Virus record (IMG/VR): IMGVR_UViG_3300032373_000088
Coordinates: 1 to 28,108 of that record
Reading direction: 5' to 3' (one strand)
DNA: 28,108 nucleotides
Origin: a virus
Lineage: Duplodnaviria; Caudoviricetes
Shown here piece after piece: positions 1-7,614 of this stretch. The position numbers and the translations under genes are program-made. Each line of letters begins with the position of its first letter. Positions within the stretch are counted from its first letter, which is position 1. The notes below the pieces were generated by a model, which did no database searches, was not told the DNA's origin, and saw only the letters and a list, made by a program, of their open reading frames with translations.

Positions 1-771
1 ATGGATAACGTGATGATTTTGGAAGGTGAGCAGGGCCGAGGTAAGTCGACGGTGATTGCCGCGCTTTTTGGTGAGTGGTTTTCTGATTCGCCTTTGCCGA
101 TTGGTGACAAAGAGGCTTACCAGCTTATTCAGGGCAAGTGGTGTTTTGAGTTGGGTGAGCTGGATAGCTTTAATAAGGCAGAGGTTACCGCGCTAAAGCA
201 GTTTTTCTCGCAACAAATTGACAGATTCCGGCCTTCTTATGGCCGCTATGCACAGGATTTTCCTCGCCAGACGCAGTTTTGGGGATCGACTAATCAGGAT
301 TCATATCTCAGAGATTACACGGGTAACCGCAGGTTTTGGCCGCTGTACTGCTCGATAGTTAATAAGCAATGGGTTATTGAAAACCGAGATCAACTATGGG
401 CTGAGGCAACTCATTTGTATAAGCAGGGTGTGATCTGGTGGGTTTCTCAAGAAACACCGGAGGATGAAAATGATTATCGAATAGTTGCCGAAACTCAGAA
501 CTCGCGATTACAACATGATCCATGGGAAGACAAATTACTGGAGTTTTTTGATGCATCTACCGAGCTTTATTTTTCTGCTGCAAAGATTTTGGAAGGTATT
601 GGTGTCGATACTGGGCATCAAACACCACACATGATCGCTCGACTGGCTCCTATTTTGAAATTAATGGGCTGGAAAAATGTACGAAAACGTTTGCCTCCCG
701 ATAAAAATGGAAAAAGGAAGCAGATTCGTGTGTGGGAAAATCAAGAAGAAATGGATGAGGTGCCATTATGA
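1..771 (+). CDS. VapE/VirE-family primase-helicase, C-terminal P-loop domain (probably 5'-truncated by window)
   Basis: Walker A EGEQGRGKST, Walker B-like FELGEL, family motifs FRPSYGR..FPRQ and GSTN..YLRDYTGNRRFWP. Confidence 0.9.
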   Translation: MDNVMILEGEQGRGKSTVIAALFGEWFSDSPLPIGDKEAYQLIQGKWCFELGELDSFNKAEVTALKQFFSQQIDRFRPSYGRYAQDFPRQTQFWGSTNQDSYLRDYTGNRRFWPLYCSIVNKQWVIENRDQLWAEATHLYKQGVIWWVSQETPEDENDYRIVAETQNSRLQHDPWEDKLLEFFDASTELYFSAAKILEGIGVDTGHQTPHMIARLAPILKLMGWKNVRKRLPPDKNGKRKQIRVWENQEEMDEVPL

Positions 772-778
772 GTGATTT

Positions 779-1007
779 TGTGACGGGTGTGACACTGGTT
801 TTTTTAGGGTGTCACGTGTTTATAACCAGTGTTTATGCGGCTTGTGACACTGTGACACCTGTGACACCTACATACGGGGGTGTGTACGCGCGTGCGCATG
901 CGTGGGGGTGTAGTAGGTGTCACCCCCGTCACAGGTGGAACACTTTAATAGAATCAAGAGGTTAGGCTTGTGACAGCATGTAACTCGGCAGTGTCACAGG
1001 TGTCACA
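779..1007. promoter_or_regulatory. Putative phage replication origin: TGTGAC(AC) iterons in both orientations plus IHF consensus site
   Basis: TGTGAC at 779, 788, 843, 851, 860, 969; inverted (GT)GTCAC at 809, 917, 928, 991, 1000; IHF-like AATCAAGAGGTTA at 952-964; directly downstream of the helicase gene. Confidence 0.7.
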
Positions 1008-1011
1008 TGAG

Positions 1012-1371
1012 TTGAATTGGTTATGTGGCGTTGATCGAATTGAAAAAAATGCAATTGAGTGCAGTGAGGGCTATCGGATATTGGCGACGAGCATTGAGGG
1101 CAAATGGTCTTATAGCGCATTTGGCCCAAGTGAAAAGATAACCTATGAAAACGGCAGTACGTTTTTTCGGGATATGGAGTACAAGGCGCATTATGAAATC
1201 GATGATCAAGTGCCTCCAAGTTATAACTACAAAACAAAGTCAGCTAATTATCTTATCGGTTGTTTCAATGAGAAATTTTATGGTAGTACAGATGCAGCAT
1301 TGGTAGCAGCTAAAGCGGCATGCTTTTTAGATTATGAAAAACAACAAGAAGAAAAACGGGAGCAAATATGA
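1012..1371 (+). CDS. Hypothetical phage early/middle protein (likely TTG start at 1012 rather than 970)
   Basis: In-frame TTG at 1012 preceded by AGGTG; stop overlaps the next start (ATGA). Confidence 0.65.
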   Translation: MNWLCGVDRIEKNAIECSEGYRILATSIEGKWSYSAFGPSEKITYENGSTFFRDMEYKAHYEIDDQVPPSYNYKTKSANYLIGCFNEKFYGSTDAALVAAKAACFLDYEKQQEEKREQI

Positions 1372-1727
1372 TTAATTGGGTTGATGATGGGTTATGCCAG
1401 TGGGCTGCTTTTTTTCGTGACAATGGTACTGGTTTAGGTTATCCAAGTTGTTCAGCTGAGTCGCGAGTATTCACAGATGGCGGCGGTGGATCGGATTCGT
1501 ATGTGCCGGATATGGTTAAATTGATTGAGCAGGCTGTGCTGAATATGGATGATGAAATGCGGACAGTGGTTAAGGTAGCTTACATGTCGAGTGATAATCG
1601 AGCATATCAAGCTGCTTTGTTAACCCAGAGGTTAGGGCGGTCGATTACGAGAAATCGTTTAACTGAGATGATCAACCTATCGCATCGTTTTATCGACGGC
1701 TTTGCTATAGGTATGAAAATATCTTGA
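1368..1727 (+). CDS. Short antiterminator Q-like late gene regulator
   Basis: N-terminal L.QWA.F...GLGYPS motif and C-terminal HTH-like segment; directly upstream of a promoter, terminator and the late genes. Confidence 0.7.
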   Translation: MINWVDDGLCQWAAFFRDNGTGLGYPSCSAESRVFTDGGGGSDSYVPDMVKLIEQAVLNMDDEMRTVVKVAYMSSDNRAYQAALLTQRLGRSITRNRLTEMINLSHRFIDGFAIGMKIS

Positions 1728-1736
1728 AAAAAACTG

Positions 1737-1766
1737 TTGACGTGACCGGTCATGAAGTGGTAATTT
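1737..1766 (+). promoter_or_regulatory. Late promoter (pR'-like), sigma70 type
   Basis: -35 TTGACG 1737-1742, extended -10 TGgTAATTT 1758-1766, A-tract upstream, palindrome TGACCGGTCA 1743-1752 in spacer. Confidence 0.65.
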
Positions 1767-1823
1767 TCGTTCATGCTGCGGTTTCTGTCACTAAACAGAA
1801 AGCACACGAACTGATTTTAAATT

Positions 1824-1852
1824 AAAGCCTGCGAATATCGCGGGCTTTTTTT
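1824..1852 (+). terminator. Intrinsic terminator (tR'-like)
   Basis: AAAGCCTGCGA / TCGCGGGCTTT stem followed by T-run, about 60 nt after the promoter. Confidence 0.85.
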
Positions 1853-1867
1853 GTGGGAGAAATAAAA

Positions 1868-2425
1868 GTGGATGTACTGTCAGTTTTAAAAACAGTAGGC
1901 ACCGGTTTGCTTATGAGTTCTCCTCTCGGTGTAGCTGCTCTACCTATCATTAATGCTTTTCTTCCTGATGAAAAACAATTAAATAATCAATCAACGGGTG
2001 TCGATGCTGAAAGTGCGGTGAATGATTTACCCGCATCGGCTCGTGAGAGTTTGTTGCTTGCTGAGATTAATTTAAAAGTTGAAGAAGAACATGGTCGCAC
2101 GGCTCGGTATCAGGCAATGACGGCGTCTGATGGACAGGAAACTAGAGCGCTTCTTGTAATGAAAGCAATGAATGCAATGATTTGGTTTACGCTTTTGCTT
2201 CTAGCGTTCTTTGGCTGGGTTTATGTAACTAAGGGTGCGGAGGCTGCTTTAAATTCTGAGTTCATCGCATTGTTCTTTGCTCTGACTGGTACTTATGCAT
2301 ATGTTATACGAGCGTACTTCGGTGACTTGAGAACTGAAACAAAATCACGGCATGCAGCTATTGATGATAAACCTAAACCGGCATTGAATGGTTTGGCTGG
2401 TCTTGTTGCAGCGGTTCGGGGTTAG
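1868..2425 (+). CDS. Holin-like membrane protein (two C-terminal TM helices)
   Basis: First late gene; hydrophobic segments MIWFTLLLLAFFGWVYV and FIALFFALTGTYAYVIRAYFG; GGAGA RBS favours GTG at 1868 (ORF track start 1853). Confidence 0.6.
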   Translation: MDVLSVLKTVGTGLLMSSPLGVAALPIINAFLPDEKQLNNQSTGVDAESAVNDLPASARESLLLAEINLKVEEEHGRTARYQAMTASDGQETRALLVMKAMNAMIWFTLLLLAFFGWVYVTKGAEAALNSEFIALFFALTGTYAYVIRAYFGDLRTETKSRHAAIDDKPKPALNGLAGLVAAVRG

Positions 2426-2427
2426 GT

Positions 2428-2712
2428 ATGGCGGATGAAGATAAGAACTGGCATGTCAAGAGAGAAATTTCAGTAGGTCATATGGTAACAACGATTGCGT
2501 TGTGCGCTGCCTTAATTACAGGTTGGGATGCTTTAAGTGATCGTGTTGATCGATTAGAAATAACTGGTGAACAAAGTCAAAAGATAAACCAAGCGCAAGA
2601 TCGAAGAATGGAACAGCTGCAACAGTCTATTGATGACACGTTGGATAAGCTTGACGGTAAATTAGATAGATTGATTGGGAGAATACTAGATTTAAATGGA
2701 AATAATCGTTAA
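2428..2712 (+). CDS. Small single-TM coiled-coil protein (holin/XhlA-like lysis-region protein)
   Basis: One hydrophobic helix followed by heptad-rich LDKLDGKLDRLI; lysis-region position. Confidence 0.55.
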   Translation: MADEDKNWHVKREISVGHMVTTIALCAALITGWDALSDRVDRLEITGEQSQKINQAQDRRMEQLQQSIDDTLDKLDGKLDRLIGRILDLNGNNR

Positions 2713-2767
2713 AGGTACTACCCAGCAACATGGGGTATACGGGGCGAAGCGAGCGCGGAATTTTCGC
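2713..2767 (+). other. Lambda-like cos site (cosQ-like and cosN); predicted 12-nt cohesive end GGGCGAAGCGAG at 2742-2753
   Basis: AGGTACT..22 nt..GGGCGAAGCGAG CGCGGAATTTTCGC parallels lambda GGGTCCT..23 nt..GGGCGGCGACCT CGCGGGTTTTCGC; phage encodes a gpA-type terminase. Confidence 0.75.
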
Positions 2768-2800
2768 AGATATTTAATCCTATAGGGGGTTCCGCTTCCT

Positions 2801-2857
2801 ATAATCTTTATGAGATTAATGTTTCGATAATCTTTATGAGATTAATGTTTCGATAAT
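2801..2857. repeat. Perfect tandem 26-bp repeat (two copies + 5 nt) with internal dyad TAATCT-N5-AGATTA
   Basis: ATAATCTTTATGAGATTAATGTTTCG at 2801-2826 and 2827-2852, then ATAAT. Confidence 0.95.
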
Positions 2858-2894
2858 AGTAGCTATAACAGATTCACAGAGCTATGGTTTACCC

Positions 2895-3113
2895 ATGCAG
2901 TTAATTAACGAACGGGTAAGAAAAATGGCGACAATCGCAGGTGTATTTCCATCGAGCATATCTAGGTTTAATAATTTGTCGACGGCGAAAAGCTTTTTAA
3001 AGCATTGCGTTATCGATATGGATATATTGAATGGCTGCGATGGTTTGTTTTGGGTGGTGAATTGGCGTGATGCTCAAAAGTTAATAAAGGCTGGTTATGA
3101 GCTGGCTTTGTAA
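2895..3113 (+). CDS. Small hypothetical protein (moron-like; start may be the internal ATG at 2925)
   Basis: ORF ending DGLFWVV...AQKLIKAGYELA between cos and a strong terminator. Confidence 0.65.
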   Translation: MQLINERVRKMATIAGVFPSSISRFNNLSTAKSFLKHCVIDMDILNGCDGLFWVVNWRDAQKLIKAGYELAL

Positions 3114-3133
3114 TAGTTAAATATAAAAAGTCA

Positions 3134-3173
3134 CCAATAAAAAAGGCATCCCTCGGGATGCCTTTTTTATTGG
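3134..3173. terminator. Bidirectional intrinsic terminator
   Basis: CCAATAAAAAAGGCATCCC-TC-GGGATGCCTTTTTTATTGG perfect inverted repeat. Confidence 0.9.
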
Positions 3174-3182
3174 AATTTTAAA

Positions 3183-3311
3183 GAGGGCGACCAGAGCGCG
3201 GCAGCAACCGCGTTCTAGCCCATGAAGTCACAGTGCGCTAACACTGTGAGCCAAGCAAGGCCCTCCGCCATGTACATAGCGGGGCAAGCCTATCATAGTT
3301 TTTATGAGGCT
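3183..3311 (+). ncRNA. Structured multi-stem RNA / 5' leader upstream of the methyltransferase
   Basis: Closing stem GAGGGC 3183-3188 / GCCCTC 3260-3265 encloses hairpins 3193-3216 and 3228-3249; further hairpins at ~3265-3282 and 3287-3311. Confidence 0.55.
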
Positions 3312-3317
3312 CATATT

Positions 3318-4916
3318 TTGTTAGCGCAAGAAAATGCTAGTGATGATGTTATTGCTAGTTTAAAAATTGAATATCGCTCGGTTGATGCATTGACTGAGTA
3401 CGCTGGGAATAGCCGTACGCATTCAGATGAACAGGTTGCCCAGGTAGCTGCATCGATTCAGGAATACGGGTTTACAAATCCTTTGTTGATTGATGAAAAT
3501 AGTGTGCTGATTGCTGGTCATGGTCGGTTAATGGCTGCGAAGCGAGTCGGCTTAAAAGAAGTGCCATGCATTGAGCTGGGTCATCTAACCGATGAACAAC
3601 GTCGGGCTTATGTTATCGCAGATAATAAATTGGCTGAGCTTTCAGGTTGGGATGAAACTGCGCTGGCTAATGAACTAGCCATGCTTCAATCATCTGGATA
3701 TGACCTAGGTTTAACTGGATTTGATGATGATTATTTGTCGGACTTGTTGGCCGATAGTATCAATCAGGGTTTAACCGATAAAGATGAAACGCCTGAGCCG
3801 CAAGAAGATGCTGCGCTGGTTGTGTCGGTTACTGGTGATGTGTGGACGCTGGGTGAGCATCGCGTTATGTGTGGCGATTCAACTAGCGTCGATGACGTAG
3901 CTAGATTAATGAACGGCAAAACTGCGTCATTAATTCATGCCGACCCGCCTTATGGAATGGGCAAACAATCGGTCGGTGTTATTAACGATAATTTATATCG
4001 TGAAAAGTTAGATGCTTTTCAGATGGATTGGTGGCGACCATTTCGTTGTCACTTGTCTGACAATGGCAGCGCTTACATCTGGGGTAATGCGCCAGACTTG
4101 TGGCGGCTTTGGTATGCTGGTGGTCTTTGTGATAGCGAGTATATTGAGTTACGCAATCAGATTGTTTGGGATAAGAAATCAATTCCAGGCATGAAGTCAG
4201 ACTTGATGACGCAATACCCTGTTGCTTCAGAACACTGTTTGTTTATGCAAATAGGAAAACAGTTTTTAGGTAATGTTAATTCCGAGGATTACTGGCAGGG
4301 CTGGGATGAGATAAGGCTGTATCTCAAAGAGCAAGCTGATGCTTGTGGGTTAAATGCGGCTCGACTAAGAGAACTTTGTAATGTTCAAACTTATGCTCAC
4401 TGGTTTACTAAAAGTCAGTGGTCATTTATTCCAGAAAAGCATTACAAGGTTTTAGCAGAAACCTATCCAGAGTACTTCCAGAAACCATACTGTGAACTCA
4501 GGGTTAAATACGATGAAATAAAAGGCGGCTACCGTAAACATGTAAACGGTATTCAGGGTGGGATGCGTGCGTATTTTAATAATGCGCATGAATCTATGCG
4601 TGATGTTTGGGAGTTCTCGCGAGTAGTTGGTGAAGAACGTCACGGTCATGCCACACCTAAACCGGTGGCCATGATGGAACGGGTGATGTTATCCAGTTTG
4701 CCCAGGGGCGGGATATCGGTTGAGCCATTTGGTGGTTCTGGTTCTACTTTGATAGGCGCAGAAACAACGGGCCGTATTTGCTACGTCATGGAAATGCAGC
4801 CCGTTTATATAGATGTAATTATTCAGCGTTGGCAAAATTTCACAGGTCAAAAAGCTGTACTTGAAAATGATGGTCGTAGCTTTGAAGAAGTAGAGGGTAA
4901 CCGTCTTGGCATCTAA
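3318..4916 (+). CDS. ParB-like N-terminal domain fused to N6-adenine/N4-cytosine DNA methyltransferase (beta class)
   Basis: ParB-like NSRTHS...GFTNPLLID..LIAGHGRL..ADNKL; motif IV DPPY precedes motif I EPFGGSGSTL; HATPKP motif; GAGG RBS supports in-frame TTG at 3318 (ORF track start 3222 lies inside the RNA structure). Confidence 0.9.
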   Translation: MLAQENASDDVIASLKIEYRSVDALTEYAGNSRTHSDEQVAQVAASIQEYGFTNPLLIDENSVLIAGHGRLMAAKRVGLKEVPCIELGHLTDEQRRAYVIADNKLAELSGWDETALANELAMLQSSGYDLGLTGFDDDYLSDLLADSINQGLTDKDETPEPQEDAALVVSVTGDVWTLGEHRVMCGDSTSVDDVARLMNGKTASLIHADPPYGMGKQSVGVINDNLYREKLDAFQMDWWRPFRCHLSDNGSAYIWGNAPDLWRLWYAGGLCDSEYIELRNQIVWDKKSIPGMKSDLMTQYPVASEHCLFMQIGKQFLGNVNSEDYWQGWDEIRLYLKEQADACGLNAARLRELCNVQTYAHWFTKSQWSFIPEKHYKVLAETYPEYFQKPYCELRVKYDEIKGGYRKHVNGIQGGMRAYFNNAHESMRDVWEFSRVVGEERHGHATPKPVAMMERVMLSSLPRGGISVEPFGGSGSTLIGAETTGRICYVMEMQPVYIDVIIQRWQNFTGQKAVLENDGRSFEEVEGNRLGI

Positions 4917-5628
4917 TGATGGTGCGCAACCTGCTGACGTTGTTGCGAAAGTACTTGGTATATCCGTTGATGAGTTAAGGAAATTGTCAAAGGATGGGGT
5001 TGTTATCAAGGTTGGGAATGATAAATACAACTTGCTTGGGTCTGTTCGTGCTTACACTGATTTCTTGAGAAACAAAGAATTTATGCCTTCGACTCAAAAA
5101 GACATAGCTGCTCATCTGGATATGTCAGATCGTAATGCGCGTGATGTACTTCGTGCTCTTGCTGAAAAGCACGGGCTAGAACAAGACTGGTGGAAAAAAA
5201 CAACGCTTGCCGATATTCGAGTTAAGTTTATTCGTGATCAGCGAGAAAAAGCAGCTGGTCGTGGTGGCAAAGATCAGGAAAATTTAACCAAACAGCGTGC
5301 GGCTGAATCGGAGGTTAAAACCGCAACGATGGTTTTGGAATATAACGAAAAAATAGGTTCGTTAGTTTCAGCAGATGATGTTGCTGCTGTTATTACAGAA
5401 TGGTGTAGCTCAGCTAATCGTGAATATTTATCTGGTGTTTCGGCGCTTATTGGTGAGCTAAAAAGTGTTTATAAAATCGATATAGATAATGAATTGGTAG
5501 ATAAAATTGTTAGCCCCACAATTTCACGAATTAAAGATCATGCGGAAGGTATTGGCAAAGATCTTAATTCGAGCGGGGAAAATGTTTTCTCCACCGAAGA
5601 AATTCCCAACAGCGGAGTGGATGACTAA
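4906..5628 (+). CDS. terS: Terminase small subunit (Nu1-like) with two HTH-like segments
   Basis: Directly upstream of and overlapping TerL; HTH-like segments, LR..AAGR-like motif, coiled coil and GSLV motif. Confidence 0.8.
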   Translation: MASNDGAQPADVVAKVLGISVDELRKLSKDGVVIKVGNDKYNLLGSVRAYTDFLRNKEFMPSTQKDIAAHLDMSDRNARDVLRALAEKHGLEQDWWKKTTLADIRVKFIRDQREKAAGRGGKDQENLTKQRAAESEVKTATMVLEYNEKIGSLVSADDVAAVITEWCSSANREYLSGVSALIGELKSVYKIDIDNELVDKIVSPTISRIKDHAEGIGKDLNSSGENVFSTEEIPNSGVDD

Positions 5629-7609
5629 GAATTTTAGACTGCCGTCAATCAGTGGTGATATTGATGGGCTTTATCAGTTTAAATATGCGCCTTATTTTTT
5701 AGGTGTGGCAGCTGCGTTAGATGATCCTAAAGTACGTGAAGTTGATTTGCAAAAAGCATCTCAGCTAGGTTGGACGTATTTTATTATTGGTTACATGCTT
5801 AAACGTATTTACGAAGCCAGTATAGGTAAGCAGCTACCAATAATGACGCTGTTTGCAAAAGAGAAAGATGGGATATCGTTTAATAAGGAAAAATTTGTAC
5901 CTACGGTGCAGGCTAATCCATCAATGGATGGATTGTTAGATGTTTCTACTTCGCGAAAGTCAGGAAATTGCTGGGATTTTAAATCATTTGTAAATGGTTT
6001 TTTAAAGTTTGTTGGGTCTAATTCGCCTGGAAATGTTCAGTCTACTTCGTCAGTTGGTTTGGGTATTGTAGAAGAGCCTGATGACACAAGCGACAACGTA
6101 AAAGAACGTGGTGATTCAATAGGTCATATTCAAGAACGTTTAAAGCGATATCTAGATTCAATGCTTATTGTTGGTGGCACACCTTCCTTAGCGGGGTTCT
6201 CAAAAATTGAGGCTCGCATAAAATTATCCGATGCGCGAATTTTACCTATTACGTGCCATAACTGTAATGAAAAGCATGTGCTTAGTTTTCAAAATGTTGA
6301 CTGGGTAGGTAAGAGCGGTGAATTAAATGCGGATAAAGAAACAGGTGAAATATTAACTCAGCCGCATGAGATATATGGTTTCTCTCAACCGGAAACGGCT
6401 GTTTATGTTTGTCCTCATTGTGATAGTGAATGGGATGATTATCAGCGTCATAAAAACATTCAAGATACTTGTTTTAATGCGCAGGCAGCAGGCGATATAA
6501 ATTGTGGATGGACGCCGACTAAGCCGTTTTACGGTAAAGCGGGTTTTACTGAATTACCTGAAGTGTATTCATGTTTGCCAGGTTCTGGTTTAGCTGAGTT
6601 AGTTATCGACTACCTCGATGCGGAATATCACGCTGCGCGGGGTGATGAAACTAAAAAAATAAAATTCATTAATCAGAAAGAAGGTAAAACATACGAGTAC
6701 AAAGGTGACGAGGCCGAGCCAGATATTATTCGTGATGCGGCATTAGATTATCCTGAAATGGTTATCCCTTTGGGTGGGTTAAAGTTAAGTGCGGGTATAG
6801 ATATTCAGCATAACCGGCTTGCAATAGTTATACGTGCATGGGGTCGTGATGAAGAAAGCTGGAATATTTATTGGGATGAATTGTTTGCAGAAAATACAAC
6901 TATTGATAAAAATGATCCGGTTTGGATATCGTTAGAAAAATTACTATTCGCTCCAATTAAAAGCGTTGAAGGCTGGAGTACGTATATTGAGTCATTAACC
7001 CTAGATTGTTCAGACGGCGTAACGTCAGCTGCTGCATATATTTGGGTTCGTAAAATGACTAAAAAATATAAAAAAGTATTGGTCATGGCGGGCAAAGGGT
7101 CTTCTTCTCAAGGCGACCCTGAGATATTTGTTACGCCAAAATTAAAAAGTATTGATCATAAGAATCCAAAAAAGCAAACAAAAGCAGATAAGCATGGTGT
7201 AAAGATTTACATCATTGGAACCAATAAAGCGAAAGATTGGATTGCAGGCCAAATAAAGTTAGAGGTGAACCCGAAAACAAAAGGGCTTTGGCATTTTAGA
7301 AAAGATATTCGTGATGATTATTATGATCAAATAACAGGTGAAGTTAAGGTTCCTGATAAGAACAGGAAAAAGTGGAAGCAAAAAGAAGGTGCTGCGGTTG
7401 AGGCGTTAGATTGTGAAGTTTATTGTCGTCATGCAGCAATGGCTAAGCGTGTTCATTTGCTTACCCCTGGGCAATGGGATGATATTGAAAATACGCTAAA
7501 ACAAACGGATTTGTTTAGCTCAGTAGTAGAGCCTACTGATAGTTCCGGTGATATTGAAACATCAGAAGACGATGATTTATCTGAGTTTGGTCAACATTTT
7601 AATGGGTAG
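5540..7609 (+). CDS. terL: Terminase large subunit, lambda gpA family
   Basis: APY, KASQLGWT (Walker A variant), GIVEEPDD (Walker B), GGTP coupling motif, CHNC/CPHC Zn ligands, AGIDIQ nuclease motif, EALDCEVY; ATG 5540 likely start (ORF track 5507). Confidence 0.93.
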   Translation: MRKVLAKILIRAGKMFSPPKKFPTAEWMTKNFRLPSISGDIDGLYQFKYAPYFLGVAAALDDPKVREVDLQKASQLGWTYFIIGYMLKRIYEASIGKQLPIMTLFAKEKDGISFNKEKFVPTVQANPSMDGLLDVSTSRKSGNCWDFKSFVNGFLKFVGSNSPGNVQSTSSVGLGIVEEPDDTSDNVKERGDSIGHIQERLKRYLDSMLIVGGTPSLAGFSKIEARIKLSDARILPITCHNCNEKHVLSFQNVDWVGKSGELNADKETGEILTQPHEIYGFSQPETAVYVCPHCDSEWDDYQRHKNIQDTCFNAQAAGDINCGWTPTKPFYGKAGFTELPEVYSCLPGSGLAELVIDYLDAEYHAARGDETKKIKFINQKEGKTYEYKGDEAEPDIIRDAALDYPEMVIPLGGLKLSAGIDIQHNRLAIVIRAWGRDEESWNIYWDELFAENTTIDKNDPVWISLEKLLFAPIKSVEGWSTYIESLTLDCSDGVTSAAAYIWVRKMTKKYKKVLVMAGKGSSSQGDPEIFVTPKLKSIDHKNPKKQTKADKHGVKIYIIGTNKAKDWIAGQIKLEVNPKTKGLWHFRKDIRDDYYDQITGEVKVPDKNRKKWKQKEGAAVEALDCEVYCRHAAMAKRVHLLTPGQWDDIENTLKQTDLFSSVVEPTDSSGDIETSEDDDLSEFGQHFNG

Positions 7610-7614
7610 AAATA

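Noticed and set aside
768-965. 65-aa ORF MSDFVTGVTL...
   Set aside because: Its VT/CH-rich content is just translation of the TGTGAC iterons; more plausibly non-coding origin DNA, although ATGA coupling means it cannot be fully excluded
2801-2857. Possible mini-CRISPR array
   Set aside because: Repeats are directly adjacent with no spacer, and no cas genes are present
3222-3317. N-terminal extension of the methyltransferase from ATG 3222
   Set aside because: No RBS, lies inside the structured RNA, and a GAGG-preceded in-frame TTG at 3318 fits the ParB domain start better
3318-4916. Restriction-modification system
   Set aside because: No adjacent endonuclease; the context is an orphan phage methyltransferase
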